This document shows, in pieces, positions 48,116-61,657 of a stretch of DNA of 64,000 nucleotides. The first letter of the stretch is position 1. Each line of letters starts with the position of its first letter. Below the pieces are notes generated by a model, which was not told where the DNA came from, made no database searches, and saw only the letters and a program-made list of their open reading frames with translations. Source of the stretch: Podarcis bocagei (lineage: Eukaryota); assembly GCA_964188305.1 (NCBI GenBank), contig OZ076894.1; one strand, written 5' to 3'. The translations under genes were made by a program, and so were the position numbers.

Positions 48116-50239
48116 GAAACTTTTGCACTGATAAAGTTCTGGCCGAGGCAGAATAGTGACTCCTATCCTGGCCCTGTAACAGTCCATGCTTCAACCATCC
48201 TCCACTGTCTGCTATGAAGCAAGACTAAAACTGAAGGCCTGCTTTCTCTAGGGGAAGAAGAGTTGGAGAACACAACTTAGCAACACAGGGACAAGAATCA
48301 GGATTTCTGAATGCCATTCCGATCTCCTGTGGCTCTTGAAACAATAGCATTACCTCCTGGTCAGGAGGTAGTAATCCCAGAAAGCAATATTCTACAAGGT
48401 AGGTGTGTGGCTAATACTCCATAAGATGGAGAGAATGGTCCATGTGTTCTGTTTTGTTTGTTTATTCAGACTCCTGGTTACTAGCACAGAAGCTGACACA
48501 GAGCAGCAAGCATCAGGGCAAATAGCATGCCACCTGCTTGTATGAAATTGCTTTAATTTCCCTCCCATAGGTTTACACTGATTACCACCTCCTAGGTGTT
48601 GTCTTCAATGGAATATACAGCGGCTATTTTTTATTTATTTTTTGATGGGCCTCCTGTATGTTACTAGATGTCGACCAGTTTATTTGCATTTAACAGCAGG
48701 ACATCAGTGCGACTGATTAACAATATTAACAATACAAGGTCAGCACTTAAGTTTGCTTTGTATGTGTCATGTTTGATTTCTTTTACTACCTATTGGTAAT
48801 AATGCAATAAAGAAAGCATCCTGGTGCTTTTTTCTGTTTGTTTTATTAAACCACCTTGCTTCAGGGTATTTGGCTGTTGTCCTCTAGGTTTCTCTTTAAT
48901 ACCCTAACTTAACTTCGTGCTCATTCATTTCCTCTGTCCTTAAATGTTCCTCAATAAACGAAGCAAACTACTTCTTTATTGGAAGTGGCTTGCAATATTT
49001 GCGTTTCAGTCCAGCTCCTTAAGAGCTAATAGGCTAATAGTTGACTTGTGATGACAAAATATTGCTTAGCAGGCATGCTGGCTGCCACAATTGGCATGAT
49101 GCAAAAGGAAACCATGTTTTCAGAGTGAAAGAGAAAAACCAAGAGATCCATACAAACAGTTCTTTGAGGTCAACTTCTGACATGTATTTCTCAAACAGCA
49201 ACCCAAACTGCCATAGAGAGTACAAGAAAAAAATAATTTCATTTATTTTCGTTGTTGAAAATTTCATTCATGCAGCTATTTGTTAAAATCACATTTGACT
49301 CATTCCTCATTCATTGCCTTTCATCCGTATTCCTAACCCTCCTTCGTTTTTATTGTGTCTTGCTTTCAATGGGAGACAAGGCTGCCAGGGCAAAATGGCC
49401 CCCTTCAGGAAGAGGTTTTAGATCCCCAGCAGCCAATTTCCAGGTTCAAGTGGTTGGATCCAGAGTTGCCATGAATGTAGCTCTGCTTGCAGAATTCTCC
49501 TGCTGGAGGAAGTGGGGGAGGTAGTTTTTACCGGTTCGTTCTTCCCCATGTGCTCCCTTTTCTTTCCTAAAAAAGCTTTTCTCTAGCATCGGGAGGCTAT
49601 CTGGAAGAGATGGCACAGGAGACTGCAGGGCAAAGGGATAATGGTCTAAACTATGGTGAACCTGTGCCCCCCCCCATGTTGCTGGACTACAACTCCCATC
49701 ATTCCCAATCATTGGCTATGCTGGTCAGGCTCATGGGAATTGTAACTGGAATGCTACAGATTCTTAGCCCTTAGGCTAAGATCCTCTTTCTTCCTCTCTC
49801 CCTACCCTCCATTCACCAACACTCAAGGATGCATTATGGTGTCTGCCAGTACTGAGTTGAAGAGATTCCCCCCCCCATAATAATAATCTTTTAATTGTAA
49901 ATAAAATCATCTTCTATTTCTTTTCTCTTTTTTCTTTTTTTTCTTCTTCTGTATGCTTTTGTATATTTATGATTTGTAATATCTGAAATGTAATGTTTTA
50001 TATTTTATGCATTTTAATATTTCTGTATAATAAAGGTTGATTTTAATAATAACAACAACAACTTCCACCAAGGCAGCATAAAAGCTAGGGGTAAGGATGG
50101 AGGGGGAAAAGAAATTTAAAGGCAAACTTACCAACTTTCTGCAAACCAATGCACAGCCATCCTTAAAAAATGTATTCTCTGAATACATTTTTCCAGTATA
50201 TGTGTGCCTTAGGCAAAATTGCATACAAAAATGTTCATT

Positions 50240-50378
50240 TTAGGTGTGCACTCCCAGTTGTTCCTTGGCAAGCAAGGCTTGCTGTCAGTGCCAATCAGCT
50301 GATCTGCATCAAGATCAACCCCTACAGGGACTGGTTACACTGCATAGTTGCTGACTGGGAGTGCCCTAGAGCAGTCAA
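50240..50378. mobile_element. Small inverted-repeat element (MITE-like)
   Basis: gcactcccagt ... actgggagtgc perfect 11-bp inverted arms, abutting a truncated copy of the AT-rich hAT-like family (about 50091-50240). Confidence 0.5.
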
Positions 50379-52257
50379 TCCTTCCCCAAAGCGAGGTTTG
50401 CTATATTATAAATGTAATGCATTAATTATTGTCTTCATCATCATCTATGGACTTTTATTCATAGTTCTGTCTGCTTGGTTTCACAACAAGATATATGTTG
50501 CTTTGAGTGGACACATTTTCTATAGCAAGCATGTGGATTTCCTCTTTATTCTGAATTGCTTGTTTTCAGGCCCAGAAATGATCACTTTGTAGAGAATGCA
50601 TATATATATTTATTTTTTAAAAACTGCTCTAAACATTAGTATGTTTCCCATTTCCACCTCCATTCACCCCACACCCAGAAGATGGTTTTTGATATGTGGA
50701 AAAAAAACCCACTTTTTATTATTTAGAAAGATCAGAAGTTGTTTGAAAACCATAAGGAATGAGAAGGGAAACGCTTTTAGATTCTGGGCATCATTACATG
50801 TAAGCTGCATGGAGATTATTTTACAGATAGATTGGACTGTAAAATTTATTGGATTTTTGAAAGTACCTCTATCCATATATATATAACCAATTGCACTTCA
50901 TGTATGATCTATTAATCTAAGAGCAACATATCTTGCCTTAATACGCTGTAGTATTTAGATTGTTGTTAATTCTGGTATTCCAAGCCAGGTATCAGATTCT
51001 AATAATTCATTAAAATAAAAAGCCACAAAATGTATGGATTTTTTATTGTTAAAAATTGTTTCCCTTCAATAACATCCATAAATATTTTATTCTGAATTAC
51101 TATTTAACTGATTGTAAGGTTGTTATTTTACTAGTTTGGCTTCTGGAATGTATTCTATGGCGTATTCATCTCAAAACCTATTCTCTTTAGAAACTGTACA
51201 AAGCCAATGTTTCTACTGTGCCAGAAGTTGTTCTTATAACTACTATAACAACATTTTTCCAGGATAAAATCATAAAACATTGTTAGAATTATTGTGCTAT
51301 TGCTTCTTATAATGGTGCAGTGCAGAACAACTTTACTAGTTACAAATCTCCACCAATAGCACTTCCCTTTGTCTGTTTCCATAGTTAAGCCACTGGAAAT
51401 ATTTTTATCACCTCATTTCAGAAACCTACCAAACTGGCATTTCCAAATTTCCACAATCACTCAATTCTGTCTGAGAAGTGTAAACAAGCCATCACATTAT
51501 CAGTTCCACTCTCCATTTTTACTCCTTGGCCATTCGTGGCAACATTTTCTGAATGCTCTCCTTCCCTAATTCTTCCACAGTTCTGAGGTTATTAATTTTG
51601 TTTCCAGCAAAACCAGGTCTCATCCCAAGCCATCATGCAAGGTGATGTGGTCCTTGGAGTTCTACCATAAAAACAGCCTCATGAAGGAGACGTTGGAGAC
51701 AGTTTCTAAATGGATAACTGCAGCTCACAAGTTTTAATACTGGGTGGACCATAGAAGAAAGATTCCTTCCACTGACAAAAGGAAATGTTTGGATCCAACA
51801 CACTGGTCTGGTTTGCATGAAATGCTGAGCCAAAGTTTGGCTTAGTGAGACAATATGAACATGCAGAGGAGCAAACCAGCCATGAGCTACTCTCTTAGCA
51901 GTCTTGCTAAGCTAAGGTTTAAGTTAGCACGTCATGCAAACCACACCACTGACTGCTAATCAGCTACAATGCCACAACATTGCTTCCGAAAAGGGTATCA
52001 GGTTGGGAACAAAGTAAGTCTTCCTATTTAATAGATTCAACACAGTATGATGACTGATATGGAAAGGTTCGAATACATACCCCACCCACTGTTCAAGGGA
52101 ATGCCACTTGGTACTGAAAGATGGAAGAGCTTGAAGACATATATACATGCTCTTTAAGCATGCTGGGCCAAATAACCAACACCAGTGACACTCTCAGAAG
52201 AGTGAAGCATAACAGTCTGGTCACTTCTAACACCCTTTGCTACACCAGCCCTTAATT

Positions 52258-52607
52258 AGTAATGGACAAATCTGCCCATTTTGGTTTTATTAGCATTTAG
52301 AGTGAATTTATCCAAATTTATACACGTATATGTAATTTTGCCTAATGCATGTATTTTTGCAATTTCCCCTAATGTAATGCATTTTTGTATGTTTTCTTCA
52401 CAAATATATGCATTTACTTTACTAGTACATGCATTCATATACTAGTGGAGCTAGTAGGGAATTGCACTACAAAATTTGGGTGGAGAATTGCACTACAAAA
52501 TTCAGAGAAATGTGAATTTCTGTGTTTCAGTTCTTGTATTGTTTCAGAATATGTGAATTAGGTAGGTTCACCTTTAAATATGAACTGAATCAAATTTATT
52601 CCCCACC

Positions 52608-52610
<3 letters not shown>
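52258..52610 (-). mobile_element. AT-rich non-autonomous DNA transposon (hAT-like)
   Basis: Homologous to 13378-13774 in antisense. Internal duplication of gaattgcactacaaaatt. Confidence 0.6.
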
Positions 52611-52679
<69 letters not shown>

Positions 52680-52689
52680 TACACACACA
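52611..52689. repeat. Compound (CT)n(CA)n microsatellite
   Basis: Read directly. Confidence 0.97.
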
Positions 52690-55600
52690 GAGAGTGCAGC
52701 AATACAATTCTGATTTCATTTAGTAGTTCATGTGTAGGTGGGAAATGTCTAAGGAAAAAATGCCCCCCCTTAGGAAAATGGACTAAAGTGCTATATTAGC
52801 CCATCAAGAAATGAAGGAAGGAAGGAGAATTGGATGCTTTTATGTACCAATACAATAGAAATGCCTACTACACACATGTACTACATTTTGTGGATTTGTT
52901 ATACAATTGTTTCTTCCCAGAAACTTGAAATGAAAATCAATCAGTTGTCTTTTGCCAGTCATTTAATAAATAACATGAATAAATTCTTCCTAATGAATAA
53001 GTGAGTCACAAAATGAACTTGAACAAATGCCATCAATCAATCTTATATGTCCCAACATGCAAGCTGATTAAATGGAGCAAACATGTGGTAATCATTTACA
53101 AAGAAAATCCTTTGGAAAACTTTGTACAATGTTCCTTAAATAACAGCTGATCTTGACATAATCCAATGGGGAAGGAAGGAGCGAAAGGAAGAGAAATGTG
53201 CTCTCCCCTACTTTAATTATAAAATGTTGGTTTAAAATTAGTGCCATTCTTTACAATGACTACAATTAAATTTACAATGCTCACAGTTTTCATTGCTTTC
53301 CTAGTTTGTTCAACAAAAATCACTGATACAAATGGAATACACCATACAAGCTATTTCTTTTATACAGGATATTGTGCTCAAATGCATTGAATAGTACTGG
53401 GCAACCAAAGGCCAAACAAGCTAATATGTTAGTTTTGTACCTGTTCCCTTAAGTGCAGGATTTGTTCCCCCACAACACACATTGCAAGTATGGAAAGAAC
53501 AAATCTAGATTGATACCCTATTATGTGGACTTTGCCTCTAGCAAAGTTCTAATATGGGTTTGGTCCCCTCCACAGAAACTTGTGTAGGGAAAAGTTCCCG
53601 TTGACTTCAAATTGCTGGCACAAGAGGGTCTATTGGAGTACAACTACCTGCAGCCTCTGGTTCCCCGACCCAGGTTCCCTGCTGTGACTCATGGTAGCCT
53701 TCCAGAGTCTCAAAGAGAAGAGTTTCTCAGCACCTACCACCTGAGATGCTTTTAAATAGATTTAGAAATGGCATACAAAATGGGTATACTCTACCAACGA
53801 ACCACCACTTGCCTAAGGCACTGAGATGTTCCCTGCTGCACAGCCACCTCCCCATGTTTTGTAAGGACATGCAAGGCCAGACTTAACCTCTCAGCTGCCT
53901 ACGACAAAGAACAAGGTGGTTCCTTCCACCATCCATTCCACTTGCAGAAGCCTGCCAGACTGCAAGTTCAGCTCTGGCGTTCTCCATTGCACCTGAAGGC
54001 AGAAGGCTGCTGCCTCCAACATATTGATGTCACTCCTTGTTACCCAGCACCTGCTGCCTGAGGTATTAGCCTCATTCCCCTAATGGTAGGGACAGCCCCG
54101 AGGACACAATTTTCCTTCCCTTCTCAATTGCTCCTACAGTGGCAGCAGGTGATTCCTGCCACCAAATTCCATAAATAACCACACTTCCTAGCTATATTAT
54201 AGGATTGGCAGGAGTGGTGGGTCTTTGGCTCTCCAAATGGTGCTAGACTGCAACTATCATCATCCCCAACTCTTGTCTATGCTGGTTGAGGTTTATTAGA
54301 GCTGGGATCCAACATGTGAAGGGCCACAGGGAAGCCACACCTGCTCAGAAACATGCAGTACCTGTAGAATAGAGCAGAAAAGTAGACCTCTTTGCAGTTC
54401 TTCACCCCTGATCCATTTTACATTGGCCATGTAAAAATTCTCACAAGACCCAGAGCAATTCAGCTGTACAGTGTAGGTCTCTTCTCTTAAATGGAACTAG
54501 GATGCTGTACTATTAAGAGAAACATGAATGTTTCGAAGTGGGATCTGAATATGCTGAGCTTACAGAAAGTTCCAGAAGTTCATAATTAACACATAGTGGA
54601 AGAATTGTGGGGGTGGGGGGAGAGAGGAATACCCATCTGGTTCCATTGTGACACTCTTGGCATCACACCGAAAACACCTTCACAATTGTTGCCTTGCTGC
54701 ATTGAGGAACTCCTTGAGAGTGCTTGGAAACAAGTTTGTCCATTGCAGCTAATAACTCATTCGATATGTACCCTTCCAGAATCAGAGCCTTTCCAAACTC
54801 AACCTGCAATATGCGACAAAGCAGCTGATGAATGGTCATAGGGAACAGAAGTGGTAATGAGTCTTGGGATCCAAGGGACCTTACCTGCCTTATGTGCCAG
54901 AGAAATTTATGAAGATAACATGACAGGCTAATATATTTTTACAACCTAAACAAGATATTTTATGCCAGCCCTGGGATCAGCACCTAGTTTATCAATGAAA
55001 CTTCCAAGACTGTAATCCCACAGGGTGTTTTTGGTATTTTTTACACAAATATAATTATCAAAGAATTGAAGTGAATAAGGTCATAAGGAAAAATATTGTC
55101 AACTTTATGCTTTTGGTTTGGCTCCTTCTGTAGCAATCAGCCGGGAGAAAAGATCTTCTGCATATATTAAATCATAGCAATTAAACCTCCCCTTTGACAT
55201 CTCTAATATGGCATTTGTCTATTTTTCCCCCACTGAGAGATAAACATTCTCATACACTAAATCAGTCACAAATTTCATGAAAAGTTTCCATGTTTTCTGC
55301 ATCAACAAGTTTAAGGTGCTCCAATACCTGAGTGCCACTGACACTATATTGATGATGATATTGAACCAATGGTATGAGAAGCACTGCCTAAGATCAGGGT
55401 AATGTTCGGCTTTTGTGTCATGTTTTGCAAGCTAAACTCCTACAAGCAACTGATTATGTTTGGACTTGAAGCATCTGCCCTCATTATTATGAACCTTCAG
55501 GAGGAATTTTAGGGCATGCCTGTATACCCAGACATTTGGTGGCTGAGGAATCCTGTTTGCTAGATGAAATAATGTTTTAATTGCAACTGCTTTTTGAATG

Positions 55601-58206
55601 TTTTAACTGTTTTATGATGCTTTTTTTGTTGTTAGCAGTGCTGCTGTTGGTGATTGTGGTGGTTATGATGGTGTGCTTGCTCCCCTGGGCTCCTTTGTGA
55701 GGAAGGCTGTGATATAAATTCAATAAATAAATATATCTGAAGTTTGTGGCTGCTCCCAGAGGCAGAAGGTCCTGGTAAAGGCTTTCAGGGGATGATAGTG
55801 GAAAATGTTCACTGCCCAGGCCTTCATCTTTAAACCACCCGTCTGCTGAATTTTGCATAGTTAAAATGCTACACTTTAAAAAGATCTTACCTGAAAAAAT
55901 GGAAAGTACTGACACGTTTTAAGTTTTCACTCAAGCAACCATTTTAATTCCAGTGTCCAAATATAACATTTCTAGCTATTTCCTGTTCTAGGCATTTCAT
56001 CTGAAATTCGGCAACAACAACAACCCCAAACTGCTCAGGAGTGCTGACACAGCATGAATGGAATGGCTTTAGATTTGTGACATGTCACATGATGGCGCAC
56101 ATGATTAATGTGGCTCATCCTTGCTCATCCCGGCTTTCTGTCCCATGTCCTTAAATCATGCAAGCAGTGGAAGATATACCTTTTGTTTTAAGAACATGCA
56201 ATCCTTTTATGCATACACAGAAAATGGGAGATGCTGAAAGCAGAGGTTCCAATCTTCCATGTGATGAATGTGTTTATGTTCTTTGCGTGTGGGGAGGATT
56301 CCATAGATAGAGAGGCACTTCATTGTTCTTTACAGCAAAATGAAAGCCATGTCGGAAAAGCGATAGCTGCATATAGGAAGCTCAGATAAGGAAATTAGAC
56401 TGGAGTACTTAACTTCCTGTCTCTTGGTGTAGAAGACATTCCCTAGGAAATCATTTCTTCCTTTCCACATCATCCTCGTTTTTGTAAGTGACTACACGGA
56501 AGTGGAAGCCTAGATTGTTTGCATTGGCTTCGGTGGAAATTACCAAATGGATCTACAAGTCAGCTGACAACCATAAGATGATAAAATACACAATAGCACA
56601 ACTGTTAAGAAAGAATTCACACACAAAATGAACCAATAACCAAGGGTAAGCAATGATCAAATAATACAAACATACACAAAAAAAACCAGCAAAAGAAACC
56701 GAATAAAAACATCCAGGAAAGGATATTGTTCAAACTCAAAGTCCCAAAAACATTTTTCTAAAGCAAGGAAAGGGCAAAATAAACTACTCCCAGAAGAGTA
56801 TTGCAGTCACTGTTGAGAAGACCCTGTCCTGGGTAAATATACAACCTAAGCATTGTGTTTTAAACCATGAGGGAACCTAGACAAGGCTATCCAAGGAAGA
56901 TATTAAAGTATGGCTTTAGATCCATATGGCAGAAGACAGACAAAAGGCATGAAAAATAATTCTTAGTAAAAACAGAGTCTTCTGGTAAGAAAAATAGACA
57001 TTTAGGTCATCTTGAAATTTTCACTTCCTCTAATCTTCTGATTAGCTTAATATTGCACATAGTCTGGGTAGATCACTCCTATGTTCAGAGAACTATATCA
57101 GCAGAATAATGCTACAATCCTTGGCACACTTTCCTGGAAAAGTTGAATTCAACAGGCCTTACTTCTGAGTAGACATCCACGGGATTCACCTGTTGAGCTT
57201 GTGTTTTAATGCTTCTTCCCAGAATGCTGTGCATATTTCCACTCCTTTGTGAGTCCATTAGGAATAATCACATTATTAACTAAGAATGAGAATCAAAGCA
57301 GTCAAGAAGCAAATGAGTAGCTGGGATTCTTTTAGATTATAAATGGAAATAGCACTTAGTCAATTGTTTAATTCAGTTGTAGCAATGGAATGCCAGACAT
57401 TTAAAGTACAAATTCAGATCAACTGTGAAGATTGGTCTTCTGCTGCTTTCTTAAGATTTTGTTTTGTTTTTTTTAAAAAGGAATAAATTGCAATCAGGCT
57501 CCAAAAAAGTAAAAAAGTAACTTTGGCTTGTTAAGTCAATGTTGAAAACAGACTGTTAATGAAAAATAGTCAAGGTTTGTGCACATTTCCCGAGAGATTA
57601 TTTCCTTATTCTACAACAGCTTATAAATTCATATAGGTTTAAAGTGAAATTGCACTTCTTGAACTTTTCAAAACCAATGTTGATATTCAAGTCCAGATTT
57701 AAGGGAAGCAATTTGTCTTGGCCTGCCACTGATATAAAAGCTTTAGAATACCGTATATTTCCATCATTGAACATGTGCCAAATGTAGCAAGGAAATATTA
57801 ATACATCTGGATTGCTATCTTTCCAGTACCACCACCACCATCTCTGTGGCCCAAGCTAAACATACAATATCCTTGATCTCAAAACCACTTCCATGATAGG
57901 GCTACAGTGAAAGTATCCATACCAGAGCCTCAGAAGATCTTCATCTGAGATAAAATGGGTCTTGACTGAGCCCCTTCAAACAGCAATAATGTAATAGAAT
58001 TGTGGAAGCATTGCAGAACAAACTAAAGCACCAGTAATTAAGTGTTATTATTTCAAGAACATGTTATGGAATACACCTGCAATAAAACACCAAAAGTGCT
58101 CCATCTGTGGAATACTTGGCCCCTGAGAGACTATTTGATACCTGCATTGTTGCCCTTTTTGCTCCAAACAGGGCATTTTTATTCATCAAGGTCTTTTAAG
58201 TTGACT

Positions 58207-58336
58207 CAGGGATGAGGAACCTGTGGCCCTCCAGGCCTAATTGGTCTCCAACTCCCATCATCCCTAACCATCATCATGTTGATTTGGGTTTTCTGGAATC
58301 CAAGAATGCCTGGAAGGCCACAGGTTGCCCATTCCG
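58207..58336. mobile_element. Palindromic hAT-type MITE
   Basis: cagggatgaggaacctgtggccctccaggc / gcctggaaggccacaggttgcccattccg inverted arms. Confidence 0.75.
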
Positions 58337-58962
58337 GTTTTAACTGAAGATTTGCTATTGTTTTCTTATGGGTTTTATGTATTTTATGCCATGATGCTTT
58401 TATTATTGATGCATATTTAAAATAAAATAAAAACACCACTAAAGGGTGGGTGACATAGAAATCTATGAAATAAAAAATAAAGATCCAGGGCTCAGCTAAA
58501 AAAAAAAAGTTAAAGATCCAGGTCTCGGCTTAATTGAATCCTTTGCTCTTTCTTTTCTTTTATTTACTTTAAGAAGTTTTATGCTACCTTTCCAAACAAA
58601 GTCCTCTCAAGGCATCGTACAACAATTTAAACCACAATAGCAAAACTTTATTTATGTTGCAATTCTGTGGTCCCAGAGACGGTTTGCCAGGAGCTGTAGG
58701 ATCCATCAGATCCCTTCTGTTAAGGTGGAGAGAGAGCTCCACTCTCAGAGAAGCAGATCTGGTGCCAGATGTTTCCTCTGTAAAGTTATGAAAAAGCCTG
58801 CACCCAGTTCTTCTCCTGCATTGGAGAGGGCAAGGAGGAGGCGTTCTAGGGGTTTGCTGGGGGTGGAGCTAAGGATCGACAAGATCTACAGCCCTCCCAC
58901 TCCCCCGACACACCTGTAAAAAGAGGGACAAATTACACCATACCTGGAGTTGATTTTTTAAA

Positions 58963-59019
<57 letters not shown>

Positions 59020-59335
59020 TATTGATCTTTTTTGCCAAGGTAACTCAAAGGGACTTACAAGATAGAAGCATTCAGACACATGCATTGAAACCAGCATAAA
59101 AGAAAAATATGAAAGACAATCCTATTTTTAATGGCCAGGATTAAAACATTCCACCCACTTGAGGACAGAGATAACTGAGAGCCAAAGCCTTGGGGGGGTG
59201 GCGGGAGAAACGTTTTTGCCTGGTGCCTAAAGCTTTGTAATGATGGCATCAGGTGAGCATCCTTGGAGAGACCATTCCACAAGTGAAATGGAGCCACCAC
59301 TGAAAAGGTTCTCATGTTGCCACCCTCCGGACCTC
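58963..59335 (-). mobile_element. L2 LINE 3' end with (AAT)n tail
   Basis: RTFSVVAPFHLWNGLSKDAHLMPSLQSFRHQAKTFL is the L2 ORF2 C-terminus. The (ATT)n run at 58963-59018 is the tail. Confidence 0.85.
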
Positions 59336-59668
59336 CTGATGCAATTTCTTGCCCTCGCATTAAAATCAATGGGTTTTTGAGAAACTTCCTAGCAAGAAGA
59401 AAAAGAAGAGGAAAGAGAACATGGAAAATTGGCTTCCCCAGCTTCTGCCCTGCTAACATGAGCCCACCAAGGTATAGTTAATGGCATTTCTTCTGCCTCC
59501 TGTTCTCTCTCCGTTGATCCTTTTGAATTGCTCTGTGCAACTTTCAATATTACAAAATGTAAAGATGAGCAGCATTAAAAAAAAAAAAAGTCACCAGCAT
59601 AAACTCATTATCACAAATGGCAGCAATAAAATAGCAATGAATAATCAGCATAAAACTGGAAGGGATAT

Positions 59669-59984
59669 TGTTATGTACTGAGTTGAATAGGATCCAAAAT
59701 GGAGCAGTCTGATAGGATCCAAAATGCAGCAGTCTATTGGTCCTAGAACAATAGGATTCAGAATGCAGCAGCATGATTGGTCTGCAGGAGCCACCCAATC
59801 CAGCTCCAGATAGAAGTGAATCCACAACCTGATTGGCCTACAGGAGAATTCCGGAATTAGCCAATCACGTGCAGCCCATTGTGTAAATAATGTATATAAT
59901 ACTTTGGGGGAACATTCATTCCTCCTCACCACTATGAGCTGAATAAAGAGCATGAAAACCACTCTCGACTCCAAGTATATTTCA
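59669..59984 (+). mobile_element. Solo LTR, 316 bp (5-bp TSD, Copia-like or ERV)
   Basis: TG...CA termini and perfect TSD GATAT (59664-59668, 59985-59989). Five CCAAT/ATTGG boxes, TATATAA near 59893 and AATAAA at 59942, in correct order. Confidence 0.9.
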
Positions 59985-60934
59985 GATATGTACAATAATC
60001 TCCCATGCCCATTTCCATAGCTTTGGGATTTCAAACCCCACTTATCCCATGAGCATCATCTGAGATGGTAACTATCACATGCTACATTTTAAAAAGATGA
60101 GGAAAGGCTCAGATATTATTTTTTCTCCATGTCAGACTGAAAGTGGGCCAGTTTATCTTCCAAGTTAATGACAAAGTAGGCAGCATGACTCAGAAAAAAA
60201 GAAAAAATCAAAGCTCTTCTAGGTGGCCTTTGTATTCCCCACAGGCAAGCATCAAACACTGCAGTGAAGTTCAATGAATCTGTCAGTTCAAATTGGTCCA
60301 CCATAAACTGTTGAGCGGTGGGTTTGATCTGTCACATTTTTAGAGCCTTTAAGTGGAACATCACGCCCATTTAACAACAGCAGGAAATGTTAGCAGATTT
60401 TGAATATTCATACCTGTTGCAGCAGTGCTCTGGCAAGGAAAGAGGATCAGATGTGTTGTTCTGACAGATGAAAGGAAACATTTTACCATTTAAATGCAAA
60501 GCTTATCAGCCAGCGCCAGCACAAAAGGACACACATCCTTTCTGTAGGAACAGTTGGGCTATGGAACAAATTTCCCAGGAAAGCTTTGGAATCTTTTTGT
60601 CTTCAGATAAGGACATAAGAGCAGGCTGGCTGGTTCCATCTAGCATTCTGTCTCCAACCTGACTAGCCAGCTGTTCCTGGAAAGCTCACCAGTTTACTGT
60701 GACGAGCTTCATTCCTCATATGTTTGCATAATTTTTTGGATAGAAACCCCAGTCCCCTGAAGCCTTTCTTCTTACAAAGATGACCTGACCTTGTAATCAT
60801 ACTAGTTGTTATTTTCTATTGGTGCACACAAACATGCAATGTCAGTGTCAAGACTACTGTGGAAGCACACTCACAGTATTTTTGACACATGTCAGGGAAG
60901 CCTGTTTTCTGTTGTTTCAGAAGATGGTTTTGCA

Positions 60935-61080
60935 CACTGATTGGCTTGAATTTATGTCAGTCATGAAGCTATGCCCCCACTCTGCTTAGAGCAGGGCTGT
61001 GCACAGTGCTGATTGGCTGGTGCCTGGATTGTCAGTCTCTGTATGTCACTGATTGGCTTGATTTTGTGTCAGCCATGAAG

Positions 61081-61117
<37 letters not shown>

Positions 61118-61160
61118 TTCCATCTCATAGCAGGGCTGTGCACAGTGCTGACTGGCTGGC
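60935..61160. repeat. Diverged two-unit tandem duplication with a (TG)n expansion in unit 2
   Basis: cactgattggcttga.ttt.tgtcag.catgaagct and agcagggctgtgcacagtgctga.tggctgg each occur twice. Confidence 0.9.
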
Positions 61161-61415
61161 CCCTTTGTGTCCGTCATCTTATTGGAGCAGTTTTTAATAT
61201 TTATTTATGTTTAAAGAAGGAAAAAGGACTTTGGCAAAGGACATAAGAAATGCTTAATTAGGTAATCATGCTGGATTCCTTGAAAATCATAATAAAAACA
61301 AAGTGGGCAACCAGCGTGAGAGAAAGGCAAGGAGATAGTAGCCGTCAGAATTCAAACCACAGCCTTTTCAGGAGACATGGATAGAATTTGGGGAAACAGT
61401 AATGTATCATATATA

Positions 61416-61657
61416 CAGTGGTACCTCGGGTTCAGTACTTAATTTGTTCTGGAGGTCTGTTCTTAACCTGAAACTGTTCTTAACCTGAAGCACCACTTTA
61501 GCTAATGGGGTCTCCTGCTGCTGCCGCGCCGCCAAAGCACGATTTCTGTTCTCATCCTGAAGCAAATTTCTTAACCTGAGGTACTATTTCTGGGTTAGCG
61601 GAGTCTGTAACCTGAAGCGTATGTAACCTGAAATGCCTGTAACCCGAGGTACCACCG
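61416..61657. mobile_element. Tigger/pogo-like MITE
   Basis: TIRs cagtggtacctcgggtt / aacccgaggtaccaccg with TA TSD. Internal taacctgaa repeats. Confidence 0.9.

Noticed and set aside
48351-48370. Near-perfect palindrome tacctcctg-gt-caggaggta
   Set aside because: A single 9-bp inverted repeat is expected by chance in 64 kb and has no supporting context.
53559-53569. TTTGGTCCCCT matches the 5' half of miR-133
   Set aside because: The 3' half diverges and there is no complementary precursor arm.
59687-59780. Short spaced direct repeats superficially like a CRISPR array
   Set aside because: Eukaryotic DNA. The repeats are degenerate, lack unique regular spacers and lie within an LTR U3.
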